Source: the human T2T-CHM13v2.0 reference genome, Homo sapiens. From it: a stretch of DNA of 64,000 bases. Of this stretch, positions 1 through 36,920 are shown one piece after another. The stretch lies in NCBI RefSeq assembly GCF_009914755.1, contig NC_060943.1. The stretch is one strand, 5' to 3'. The position numbers were made by a program, and so were the translations under genes. A model generated the notes under the pieces. It worked only from the letters and a program-made list of their open reading frames with translations. It was not told the origin of the DNA and ran no database searches. The stretch's first letter is position 1. The number at the start of each line of letters is the position of its first letter.

Positions 1-527
1 CCGCGGCCTGTACGTTCCCATGACTTGGGTCAGACAGGCCTGGGCAGCATCCCCCAGCCTGCGGGACAGGGGCGGCCAGAAAGCCCCCAGAGTTCCTCCT
101 CCCTGTGACCAGGTGCATCTAGTGGGACGGGAGCTGCCTCTGCAGGCATCCAGCAAAGCTTCGTCACGGGTCCACAGCCGCCTGGGCGTTGATCTCAGCG
201 TCTCAGGGCTCCCAGGACCACAGATGCCCCCGATCAGCACTCCTGCGGCTCCAGCTCCGTCCAGGCACACCCTCGGGGTGGGGAGCCGTGGCCCTGGGCA
301 CACAGGGCAGGCACCTCACGTCCTGGTGTCAGGAAGTCCCCAGCATCGTTTTATTACATGTCATGGAGGAAAGCTCGGAGCTCCCATGCCCTCCCGGGGC
401 ACCGCCTTCCAGGAACCTGCCTGCGTTCCGCTTCTGGGCACCCGCAAAGTCGCTCAGTGGCTGATTCAGGGTCGAGGAGCTGTGAGGATGAGGTTTCCCA
501 CCAAGTTGGGACAGAAAATGGGGCCCT

Positions 528-645
528 GGGGTCTCAGCAAACCATGGCCCTCGGGACCAAACCTGGCGTCCGCCCCTATTGTGAGTGAAGTGTTACTGGC
601 ACAGCCACACCCAGGTCTCAGGATCATCCATAGCTGCTTGGTTTG
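528..645 (+). mobile_element. MER58-like DNA transposon fragment
   Basis: CAGCAAACCATGGCCCTCGGGACCAAACCTGGC...ACAGCCACACCCA resembles the recalled MER58A consensus. Confidence 0.5.
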
Positions 646-649
646 GTTT

Positions 650-1637
<988 letters not shown>

Positions 1638-1840
1638 TTACTTTGTCAGGTGTGATGATGGTAGTGTGGCTTCATCTCGAGTCCTCTTTGAGAAACACTT
1701 TCTAAAATGCTCAAGGATGGAGGGTGGAGGGTGTGCAGCGGTGGGCGGGGCTGTGACCGTCACCTCACCTCCCCCACAGGAAGCGCGTGTGGGGAGGCTC
1801 GGGGCCGGGGCCAGCACCCACACTGGGTCTCCACAGCGGC

Positions 1841-1895
1841 ATGGAGGCCTGCGTGTCTTCACTGCTGGTGCTGGCCCTGGGGGCCCTGTCAGTAG
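1841..1895 (+). CDS. GZMM: Granzyme M coding exon 1 (signal peptide MEACVSSLLVLALGALSV-G)
   Basis: ATG at 1841, hydrophobic signal peptide, phase-1 donor G|GTGAG at 1896. The five exons join to a 257-aa open frame. Confidence 0.97.
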
Positions 1896-2419
1896 GTGAG
1901 TGGGAGCCAGGATGCAGGGGGGACACTGAGGCCCAGCGCTCTCGGTGGGTCCCTGGATGGGAGGGGTGGGCGCGGGCGCCGACATCCTGGGTGTAAGAGC
2001 GGAGATTCATCCTTGTTTGGAGGGGGACTGAGGCCTGGGGCATCCCGAGCTCCTCACGCTTCACCCCGAGTGGACATCCCGGGGCCGTGGGAGAGTGTGG
2101 TGTCCACCGGCTCACCTCGCCCATCCTCCCGGCAGCAGCCAGAAGGCAGGGGTCACGCTCACACCCGAGGTGCAGAGTAGGAGACTGAGACTTGGCGAAG
2201 GAGATGCTGACCTAGGACTGCCCAGCTGGGAGGGCAGAGCTGGGACTCGATCCCCGCTGGCTGCCTGCCACCACCAAGGGCTTGGCTGGGACTAGGTGCC
2301 CAGCAGTGAGGGAGAAGGGAGGTGGGTGGCGGCTCCCCTGCATTCCAGCTGGACTGAGTGACAGGGGCTCTTGATGAGTTGGGGACCCAAGAAGATGGAC
2401 AGAGGTAGGAATCCAGCCG

Positions 2420-3205
2420 TCAGTCATCATCATCCTTCCTCCCATTTTTATTTCCTTCCACCCATGGGTCCATCATCCCTCCCTCCCTCCCTCCCTCCCT
2501 CCTTTCATCTCCCCTTCCTTCCCTCTACCCGTCCGTCCACCCATCATTCCTCCTTCCATTCTTCCTTCCATCCATCCATCATCCATCCCTCTACCCATGG
2601 GTCCATCATCCATCCCTCCCTCCCTCCTTTCATTCCCCCTTCCTTCCCTCCGCCAGTCCATCCACCCATCATTCCTCCTTCCTCCCATTCTTCCACCCAC
2701 CCGTCCATCCATCATCCATCCCTCCTTTCAACCTCCCTCCTTCCCTCCACCCGTCATCCTTCCCTCCCTCCTTCCATGTATCCACCCATCCATCCATCAT
2801 GCCTCTCTCTTCCTTTCCCCCCTCCTTCCCTCCTCCCTCCCATCCATCCATCATCCATCCCTCCTTCCATCCCTCCTTCCCTCCACCCGTCATCCTTCCC
2901 TCCCTCCTTCCATGTATCCACCCATCCATCCATCATGCCTCTCTCTTCCTTTCCCCCCTCCTTCCCTCCTCCCTCCCATCCATCCATCATCCATCCCTCC
3001 TTCCATCCCTCCTTCCCTCCACCCGTCATCCTTCCCTCCCTCCTTCCATGTATCCACCCATCCATCCATCATGCCTCTCTCTTCCTTTCCCCCCTCCTTC
3101 CCTCCTCCCTCCCATCCATCCATCATCCATCCCTCCTTCCATCCCTCCTTCCTCCCTCCCTTTGTCCCTCCTTCCTTTCTCCCGTGCTTCTGTGTATCCA
3201 TCCGT
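2420..3205. repeat. (CCAT/CCTT)-type pyrimidine-rich repeat with a 136-bp higher-order unit (about 3 copies), GZMM intron 1
   Basis: CCGTCATCCT recurs at 2751, 2887 and 3023. Confidence 0.92.
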
Positions 3206-3272
3206 ATTTGCAGGGCTCGTGCTGTTCTAGGCCTGCCCTCCTGTCTGACTGGAAGAGACAGGCCAGGCATGA

Positions 3273-5052
<1,780 letters not shown>

Positions 5053-5347
5053 TGATGTGCGTTTTGAAGGACTCCTGTGGCTGTGGGGCCCAGTGGGGCC
5101 TGGGGAGGTCCTGGAGAGGGGGTTGGGAGGTGGCCTGGGGGGAACATGATGGGGGTGATGAGAGGGGGATGGGAGGGATGAAGGGCAGCCCACACGTATC
5201 AGCCTAAAAGTTTCGGGGAACACTGGGGACTTCATTAGGATGGCACATCTGCTTGGGGTCCTGGGCCTCTGAGCTGGGCAAGGACAGTCGCGGCAGGCAG
5301 CAGGGGCATGTAGCCCCAACCTGGCTCTTTGTCCCCCATCCTGGCAG

Positions 5348-5504
5348 GCAGCTCCTTTGGGACCCAGATCATCGGGGGCCGGGAGGTGATCCCCCACTCG
5401 CGCCCGTACATGGCCTCACTGCAGAGAAATGGCTCCCACCTGTGCGGGGGTGTCCTGGTGCACCCAAAGTGGGTGCTGACGGCTGCCCACTGCCTGGCCC
5501 AGCG
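5348..5504 (+). CDS. GZMM: Granzyme M exon 2 ([10 protein letters not shown] mature N-terminus, catalytic His in TAAHC)
   Basis: CAG acceptor 5345-5347; translates [53 protein letters not shown]; donor GTGAG at 5505. Confidence 0.97.
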
Positions 5505-6609
5505 GTGAGTACCCTGCCCTGCCCACCCCAGGGGTCCGGGGAATCCATCCGACGGCGCTCATTCTCTGCAGGGGGTGGGCTCTGGGAGATTTAGGCCCAT
5601 TGTGGGACCCCCGTCCCCTCCCGGTGACGACTTAGGCAGGTTTAAGTGACCTGCGGCTGTGGGACTCCTGGAGAAGGTTTACTCCTTGCAAGAGGCACTG
5701 GCAGGGCCAGCTCCTTCCACACCGCAGCCTGGGTCAGAGCCTGGCTCCTTTCACGGCTGAGCCACAGTCCTGGTGTGGACAGAGTGCATTGTGTCTGTCC
5801 ATTCACCTGCTGATGGACCCAACTTAGGCGGGGGCTTCTGCTATAAGGAAGGAGGGTCAGGTGGGGGTGTTTGCCACCTGTGGCCAGGAGGTCGAAGCCG
5901 GCCTTCGAGAGTGGCTCGGGAATCGACCTGGTTCCCGGGGATCAGGAAGCCGCTAAATGACCCATCATGGAGTTGCCCTACCTCAGGACTGGTCCGTCAT
6001 ACAGAGCCCAGATCAAGATGGTCAAAGTAACAAAAAGGGACCTGCCGGCTTGTGTAACTGCAAAGTCTAGGAGGAGGCCTGGCTTCAGGTGCGGCTTGAT
6101 CCAGGTGCTCACAGGAGGTGCTGTGGAGCCCATCTGTCTCCCAGCTCTGCTGCACTACCAGGAAGCCTGTCTCACAAGGTGGAAAGATTGACCCTCCTCA
6201 GTCCCATGGAAAGAGGGCTTGGCTCTCTAAAGTTGGGGCACACTTAGGAGGATTGGCATGTGTCAACCCCTGTACAAATCACTGTGGTTGAGCCTGGGGC
6301 CCCAAGTGAAGGGAATTCCCAGGGCTGGTTTTCGTGAAGCTGTAGGCTTGGGGTTGGATTTTTGGACACACAGCCCTTGCCTGGGGCCAGGGCCGGGCAG
6401 AAGTCTGGGGCAGGGGTGAGAGCAGGGAGGGCTTCCTGGAGGAGGTGGGTTGCAAAGACACAGGGAAGGACTGGCCAAGCCAAGGCCTGTGAGGGGCAGC
6501 GGCTGTGAGTGATGGCCATGGACAACGGGCACAGTGGGGGCCGGGACTGCATGTGGCGGGTCGTCCACGCCGGGCCAGGCCGCAGCACCCTGATTCCCTC
6601 TGTCCCCAG

Positions 6610-6745
6610 GATGGCCCAGCTGAGGCTGGTGCTGGGGCTCCACACCCTGGACAGCCCCGGTCTCACCTTCCACATCAAGGCAGCCATCCAGCACCCTCGC
6701 TACAAGCCCGTCCCTGCCCTGGAGAACGACCTCGCGCTGCTTCAG
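6610..6745 (+). CDS. GZMM: Granzyme M exon 3 (catalytic Asp in NDLALL)
   Basis: CCCCAG acceptor; MAQLRLVLGLHTLDSPGLTFHIKAAIQHPRYKPVPALENDLALLQ; donor GTGTG at 6746; phases consistent. Confidence 0.97.
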
Positions 6746-6799
6746 GTGTGCAGGGACGGGACAGGGAGAACTGGGCACCCTCCTGTCCCCCACGGGTGC

Positions 6800-6962
6800 C
6801 CCTCACCCCCACTGCGCCCTCCCCCCGCTGCCGACCCTCCCCCCGCACTGCTGCCCCTCCCCCCGCACTACTGCCCCCTCCCCCATTGCCCACCCTCCCC
6901 CCACTGCCACCCCTCCCCCCGCTGCCGCCCCCTGCCCCCGCACTCTCACCCCCTCCCCCTGC
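6800..6962. repeat. C-rich degenerate ~19-bp repeat in GZMM intron 3 (G4-forming potential on the - strand)
   Basis: Repeated CCCTCCCCCC(GC/A)CTGCC units. Confidence 0.75.
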
Positions 6963-6989
6963 TCACCTGCCCCTTCCTGTCACTCGTAG

Positions 6990-7253
6990 CTGGACGGGAA
7001 AGTGAAGCCCAGCCGGACCATCCGGCCGTTGGCCCTGCCCAGTAAGCGCCAGGTGGTGGCAGCAGGGACTCGGTGCAGCATGGCCGGCTGGGGGCTGACC
7101 CACCAGGGCGGGCGCCTGTCCCGGGTGCTGCGGGAGCTGGACCTCCAAGTGCTGGACACCCGCATGTGTAACAACAGCCGCTTCTGGAACGGCAGCCTCT
7201 CCCCCAGCATGGTCTGCCTGGCGGCCGACTCCAAGGACCAGGCTCCCTGCAAG
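6990..7253 (+). CDS. GZMM: Granzyme M exon 4
   Basis: TAG acceptor; LDGKVKPSRTIRPLALP...CSMAGWG...MVCLAADSKDQAPCK; donor GTGAG at 7254. Confidence 0.97.
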
Positions 7254-7697
7254 GTGAGGGGCGCCCGGGTGGGGCTGGGGGAATGAGGCTGGCGGGAGGG
7301 CCGGGGCCAGGGCAGCCGCCGGGCAGGTTCCTGGCTCTCCCGTTCTCTGGGGAGTCCTGTCAGGGGCTGGGGGGCGGGGAAGCACTGGCAGGGGTCCCGT
7401 TTCTCAGGTGCAGAAACTGAGGCTCAGACAGGTTTAGCAACCTGCGCAAGACCACACAGCCGGGAAGCGGCAGAGCTGTGACTTCTGCTCCAGCCAAGAC
7501 GGTCCGGCGGGGGAAGAAGGAGCAGGGTTCACAGGGCCAGCGGGAGATGGGGAGGGGACGCGCGTGGGCCGGGAGCAGCCCCTGTGTCTCCTTGAGCCTG
7601 GGGATAACAGGCCTGGCCCTGCTCCCCTCGGCGGGCCCTGCTCCCCTCGTCCCCTCAGCAGGCGCAGAGGCTGAGCTGCGGTGTGTCGTCCCTGCAG

Positions 7698-7859
7698 GGT
7701 GACTCGGGCGGGCCCCTGGTGTGTGGCAAAGGCCGGGTGTTGGCCGGAGTCCTGTCCTTCAGCTCCAGGGTCTGCACTGACATCTTCAAGCCTCCCGTGG
7801 CCACCGCTGTGGCGCCTTACGTGTCCTGGATCAGGAAGGTCACCGGCCGATCGGCCTGA
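7698..7859 (+). CDS. GZMM: Granzyme M exon 5 (catalytic Ser in GDSGGP, stop TGA 7857-7859)
   Basis: CAG acceptor; [53 protein letters not shown]; total 774 nt = 257 aa plus stop. Confidence 0.97.
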   Translation, partial: GDSGGPLVCGKGRVLAGVLSFSSRVCTDIFKPPVATAVAPYVSWIRKVTGRSA

Positions 7860-7962
7860 TGCCCTGGGGTGATGGGGACCCCCTCGCTGTCTCCACAGGA
7901 CCCTTCCCCTCCAGGGGTGCAGTGGGGTGGGTGAGGACGGGTGGGAGGGACAGGGAGGGACC

Positions 7963-7968
7963 AATAAA
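7963..7968 (+). terminator. GZMM: GZMM polyadenylation signal AATAAA
   Basis: Canonical hexamer about 100 nt after the stop codon. Confidence 0.85.
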
Positions 7969-8404
7969 TCATAATGAAGAAACGCTCAGAGCCCGCCTGA
8001 GTCCCAGCCCACCTCTGTCCATGCTGGCTGTGGGGCTTCCGACAAACCTGTTTCCCTCAGCCTCCCGAGTAACTGGGTCTACAGGCGCCCGCCACCACGC
8101 CAGGCTAACTTTTGGTATTTTTAGTAGAGAAGGGGTTTCTCCATGTTTGTCAGGCTGGTCTCCAACTCTTGACCTTGTGATCTGCCCACCTCGGCCTCCC
8201 AAAGTGCTGGGATTACAGGCGTGAGCCACCGCGCCCGGCCCTTCCCTGTTTTAAAAAGGGAGGTTGTGGATCCCAAGGCTTCTCCCAGGAGGGGGCGGCG
8301 TTGGCCAGGACTGGAGCGGTGGCCGGGTCTGCAGGCTGGCAGGGGTGCGCGGCCGTCCTCCCCGCGTGGCTCCTGGGGCTGGGCCTTGAACAGCATCCCA
8401 GGAT

Positions 8405-9740
8405 CTTCTTTTTTAGTAACAGCTTTTATCAAGTTACAACTCACATAGCAGATGAGTCTCCCTGTAAACTGCGATTCAGGGGCCTTTGGTACCTGCACAG
8501 AGCTGGGCAACCACCACCGTGACATGTCACCCCAGCACCCCGAAAACAGGCCCGTCCCCAGTCACCCCAGCACCCCGAAAACAGGCCCGTCCCCAGTCAC
8601 CCCAGCACCCCGAAAACAGGCCCGTCCCCAGTCACCCCAGCACCCCGAAAACAGGCCCGTCCCCAGTCACCCCAGCACCCCGAAAACAGGCCCGTCCCCA
8701 GTCACCCCAGCACCCCGAAAACAGGCCCGTCCCCAGTCACCCCAGCACTCCGAAAACAGGCCCGTCCCCAGTCACCCCAGCACCCCGAAAACAGGCCTGT
8801 CCCCTGTCACCCCAGCACCCCGAAAACAGTCCTGTCACCCCAGCACCCCGAAAACAGCCCTGTCCCCACTGTCACCCCAGCACCCCGAAAACAGGCCTGT
8901 CCCCACTGTCACCCCAGCACCCCGAAAACAGGCCCGTCCCCACTGTCACCCCAGCACCCCGAAAACAGGCCTGTCACCCCAGCACCCCGAAAACAGGCCT
9001 GTCCCCCTGTCACCCCAGCACCCCGAAAACAGGCCTGTCCCCACTGTCACCCCAGCACCCCGAAAACAGCCCTGTCCCCACTGTCACCCCAGCACCCCGA
9101 AAACAGGCCCGTCCCCACTGTCATCCCAGCAGCCCGAAAACAGGCCTGTCCCCACTGTCACCCCAGCAGCCCGAAAACAGGCCCCATCTCTATCACCCCA
9201 GCACCCCAAAAGGAAGCCCCACCCCCATTGTCATTCCAGCACCCCGAAAATAGACTCTGTCCCCACTGTCACCCCAGCACCCCAAAAGGAGGCTCGTCCC
9301 CATCGGCCGTCACTCCCCGTCCCCACCCCAGCCCCGGTGCCCTCACATCCCCTCCCTGTCTCTGGATGGGCCTGTGCTGACATTTCATGGACAGGGGATC
9401 ACGCTGCGTGGCCTTCTGTGTCTGGCGTCTCCCGCTGAGCGTGACGTCCTCAAGCTGCACCCGCGCGCTGGCTGGGTCCGAGCCGTGCTCCTGCTCCGGG
9501 GGGTCGAGCTCCAGCTCGAGGGGGGCCTCGCTGCGTTTGTGGGTGCGTCCCTGGGTGCACATCTGGGCGGCTTCGTCTGCGTCCGTCCGTCTGAAGCTTT
9601 GCTGGGAGCCGCCTGTGTGCGTTTTCGTGTGGACCTACCTGCTCCTTCCTCCCTCCAGATTAGACCCGTGGGAGTGGCATCTCGGGCTGTTCAGTGACTC
9701 TGTTTCAGCGCCGCGCTGTTTTCCTGCAGAATCTTTTAAT
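8405..9740 (-). mobile_element. Old L1M(B)-type 3' region, GC-shifted, hosting the 35-bp VNTR
   Basis: TAACAGCTTTTATCAAGTTACAACTCACATA..., CTGTCTCTGGATGGGCCTG...GACATTTCAT and CCGTGGGAGTGGCATCTCGGG follow the recalled antisense L1M 3'UTR layout. Confidence 0.65.
8526..9300. repeat. 35-38-bp minisatellite (GTCACCCCAGCACCCCGAAAACAGGCCCGTCCCCA), about 21 copies
   Basis: Exact 35-bp period in the first seven copies (8526, 8561, ...), diverging toward the right. Confidence 0.95.
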
Positions 9741-9751
9741 TTCATTACCAA

Positions 9752-10021
9752 CTCTTTCTTTCTTTTCTTTTCTTTCTTCCCTTTCTTCCCCTTCTTCTCT
9801 TTCCCTCCCTTCCCCTTCTTCTCTTTCCCTCCCTTCCCCTTCTTCTCTTTCCCTTCCTTCCCCTTCCCTCCCCTCCCCTCCTCTCTTTCTTTCTTTCCTT
9901 TCTTCCCCGTCTCCCCTTCCCCTCCCCTCCCCTCTCCTCCCCTCCCCTCTCCTCCCCTCCTCTCTTTCTTTCTTTCTTTCTTTTCTTTTCTTTTTTTCTT
10001 TTATTTTCCTTTCTTTTCTTC
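9752..10021. repeat. CT-rich low-complexity tract (expanded Alu tail)
   Basis: Almost pure C/T sequence directly adjoining a - strand Alu. Confidence 0.9.
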
Positions 10022-18312
<8,291 letters not shown>

Positions 18313-18345
18313 GCAACCATTTTATTTGTATAACTGTGTCCAAAT

Positions 18346-20600
<2,255 letters not shown>

Positions 20601-20689
20601 AAGGAAGAGACAGATTAAACCTTTTTGAATGTTAATTTGGAAGGCGTTGATCCTGGAGTGAAGGTCCAAGATCCCTCCAGGGATGGGGC

Positions 20690-26337
<5,648 letters not shown>

Positions 26338-26448
26338 TGAGGTCAGGAGTTCAAGACCAGCCTGGCCAACAAGGTGAAACCCCGTCTCTACTAAAAGTAC
26401 AAAAATTAGCCAGGCGTGGTGGCGCGTGCCTGTAGTCCCAGCTACTCA

Positions 26449-29050
<2,602 letters not shown>

Positions 29051-29438
29051 CACCCTCTGGGCCTCCCCGTCTGAGTCTCAGTAAACAAGTTTCCCGCCGG
29101 TCCTGATCTGCAGAGATGGCACCTGCCACCCACTCTGCACATCCCCCTCCCGTCGCCACGGGCTCTTCCCGCCAGTGTAGCCACATTCCTGCCCCTTTCC
29201 AGTTAGCCCTTCGCGTTCGGCTTAGTCTGCGGTCCTCTTGCATTGCGACTCCGAGTTTAACTTCCAACACACACTTTCAACCTCCAAGAGACGCCCCCAC
29301 CTGTGTCGCCCCAATAGCGACTTTTCTCACCGTGGTCGCCGCGGAACTTCAAGGGTCCTTCCTACCCGCGTTGCTGAGAGTCTGGGTTTACGCGTCACCT
29401 CGGGCGGGACCCGATCCTCCGCTCCTGAGGCCCCCACA

Positions 29439-29470
29439 ATGAAGCAGTCGGACGCGTCTCCCCAAGAAAG
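29439..29470 (+). CDS. BSG: BSG upstream alternative first exon, coding part (MKQSDASPQE-R, basigin-4 N-terminus); the exon probably begins near 29170
   Basis: ACAATGA start context; donor AAG|GTAACC at 29471, phase 2. Joining to the exon at 38270 gives MKQSDASPQER-VDSDDQWGEY, 205 aa in total, matching the recalled basigin-4 isoform. Confidence 0.88.
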
Positions 29471-29514
29471 GTAACCGCCAGCCTCTCCTGAAACAGAATG
29501 GGATCCAAATGGGA

Positions 29515-29850
29515 TATTTGGGGGCGGCGAGTCGGTCCCGCAAAGAGAAACCAGCACTTAGAAAATTTCTCAGCGAGACCACTTTACTTGTACGGAAGGG
29601 GGCTGCCTGCGTGGGATGCAATCTCCAGAGCACACGGGACAAAGGAAGGGAGCTTCTGTTCCTCTGTCCTTTCCCTGTTGGCTGGGGTTGGACGCCCACA
29701 ATCTAAGCTGATCCCGGTTGGCTAAAACTTAAAACTTTTTTAAAATAGGGTAAACGCGCCACCTGCGAGGAAAGAAGAAGGGGGTAAGGTTGATTGACAA
29801 CTTTAGACCTGGAAGTTGAGTTTCTGAAGAGGAACTTACTTGTCCCAACC
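29515..29850 (-). mobile_element. 5' LTR of the provirus (inner end degraded, boundary approximate)
   Basis: Homologous to 18346-18669 from about 29534; ends TGTCCCAACC followed by the AAAT duplication. Confidence 0.85.
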
Positions 29851-30169
29851 AAATGGTGCACAGGACGTTTATACTAAGAAATTATTCATTTTCTGAGATC
29901 CAGATTCAAGTGCCCTTTAAGTATTTTTATTTGGGCGGAGGAGGTCACTTCCTCCCACCTAATTTATTAATACGTTCATATATATATATATATATGTACA
30001 TTTTTAAAGGCAGAGATGTGCGTCTCGCCATGTTGCCGCGTCTGGTCTCGAGCTCCCGGGCTCAAGCGATCTTCCCGCCTCGACCTCCCAAGGCTCTGGG
30101 AGTACAGACGTGAGCCACAGCGGCCGGCCCGTGTTTAACTCAGATAAAATCTGGGTAACACACTTTCAA

Positions 30170-31050
30170 CGCTTCAACCCCCTCGGGCGCACCGCTCTGC
30201 GCTCATTGCAACTTTGAAAGCAGGAAGGAAGAAATGCGCAGGCTCCAGCCGCGTCCCCGCAGGCCCCACTCCCGTTTCCTAGCAACGCCGGGTCACGTGC
30301 GCCGCCGCCCGGATTCCGTAGCGTGAGCCTGCCGGAGCCGGCGCGTACATGCGAGCGTGTGCGCGCGTGCGCAGGCGGGGCGACCGGCGTCCCCGGCGCT
30401 CGCCCCGCCCCCGAGATGACGCCGTGCGTGCGCGCGCCCGGTCCGCGCCTCCGCCGCTTTTTATAGCGGCCGCGGGCGGCGGCGGCAGCGGTTGGAGGTT
30501 GTAGGACCGGCGAGGAATAGGAATCATGGCGGCTGCGCTGTTCGTGCTGCTGGGATTCGCGCTGCTGGGCACCCACGGAGCCTCCGGGGCTGGTGAGGAG
30601 CGGGTAGGGGGCGGGGGTGCGGTCCTGCAGGGGCCGGGAATGGAGGCCGCGGTGCCGACCCGAAGCCGACGGGAGCCTGGGGCCTCGGCGCGGGGCGGCC
30701 TGGGGTGCGAAAGGCCGGCCCCGGGGGCTTCCCGCGCCAGCATGGAGCTTGGGGGTGAAGTCCCAGGGTTTGAGGGGGGACTAGAGGTTCCTCCCGGCGC
30801 GGCCTGCCGGGCTCCCCCGGGCGCTCCGGCCTCGAGCCCGGCCTCTGTGTGTGGGCGTGAAGCTCCCTGCTTGGAGGCGGGAGCCAGGGGGTCCTGGCCA
30901 GGCCGGTCTTGGTCAGGGGAGGTGGGCGTCTTGCTTTTCGGTCACCTGGGGTTGGGGGTGACCTGCTTCCTGGGTGAGGGCGTCTGCGAAGGCGGTTGGA
31001 GGTGGCCCGCCCGCCGGTCCCATCGGCCAGGAGAAGGGAGACCCAAAGCC
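30170..31050 (+). promoter_or_regulatory. BSG: BSG CpG-island promoter
   Basis: Dense CpG around exon 1. Motifs: X-box-like GTTTCCTAGCAAC 30274-30286, E-box CACGTG 30294-30299, NRF1-like TGCGCAGGCG near 30368, GC boxes, TTTTTATA near 30458. Confidence 0.85.
30526..30592 (+). CDS. BSG: Basigin main exon 1 (signal peptide MAAALFVLLGFALLGTHGASGA)
   Basis: ATCATGG Kozak context, signal peptide, phase-1 donor G|GTGAG at 30593, inside a CpG island. Confidence 0.98.
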
Positions 31051-31863
31051 TGGGTGAGCGTCCCCTTTGGCCTGGAGCCAGGGGTCAGGGGCTGGTTGGT
31101 GCCTGCCCAACCCGTCCTGCTGGGGCTGGACTCCGCAGGACCTGGGGAAAGCGGCCTGGGCGTGGAATCTGGAGACGGGTCCACCCTGCCTGCGAGTGTT
31201 AGGGTCAGAGACCCTCCCCTGAGACTCTCTGGGGCCCCCGCAAGGGCCCGTGCGGCCTGGAGCGATCATCTTGGCGCTCCCTTCTGGAAAAGGGGCTTTT
31301 GTCCTCCAAGAGCACATGGAGGCTCTGAGTGGGTCAGCCCTCCGGATCGGGAAGGGATTACCGTTCTTCACGGGATTTAGCCCTGGCGTCTTGCCTAGGG
31401 CGTGCACCTGCCCCCGGGTGTTCTCCCAGACTCTTAAGACCTCGCAGGCTCCCTCGAGGGGCCCTGCGTGGAAGGGAAGGCGGAATCTCCCTCTGATTCT
31501 GCCTGGATTCAGCACCCAGAATGAGGTGGTCTCTGAACGCCCCTCCTCCTTTACAGGCGAGGAAACAGCCCTGTGGGAAGTCGAGGTTCCAAGGTCACAG
31601 TGAGGGGGCCCTGGCCACCCGATTCAGCGCAGGAAATAGTGAGAAAGTCGTTTTTAGCCGACTCTGACCCGCATTCGGTTTCCAGTGCTGTCTTAGGAGG
31701 GCCGTGTGTTGAGGGTGGGCAAACGTGGTTTGGAGAGCGCATTTGGGAAATGGATTGAGGTGTGTTTTTCCGGGAGAAAAGCATGACATCCTTTCTTGCT
31801 TCATAGAAAATTTCTTCCTTTGTTGAGACCCCCATTTGGTTCTGGGTTAAAGATTTATAGTGA

Positions 31864-36920
<5,057 letters not shown>

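Noticed and set aside
8452-9438. 328-aa repetitive ORF, and an RE1-like look of the unit (CAGCACC...ACAG)
   Set aside because: The ORF is a VNTR translation. The unit lacks the essential GGACAG half-site (it has AAACAG) and has the wrong spacing.
29515-29850. p53 or AP-1 sites reported for some LTR10 subfamilies
   Set aside because: No convincing paired RRRCWWGYYY or TGASTCA was seen in either LTR.
30593-31380. 284-aa ORF extending BSG exon 1
   Set aside because: Read-through into intron 1 past a strong donor; only the first 22 codons are basigin.
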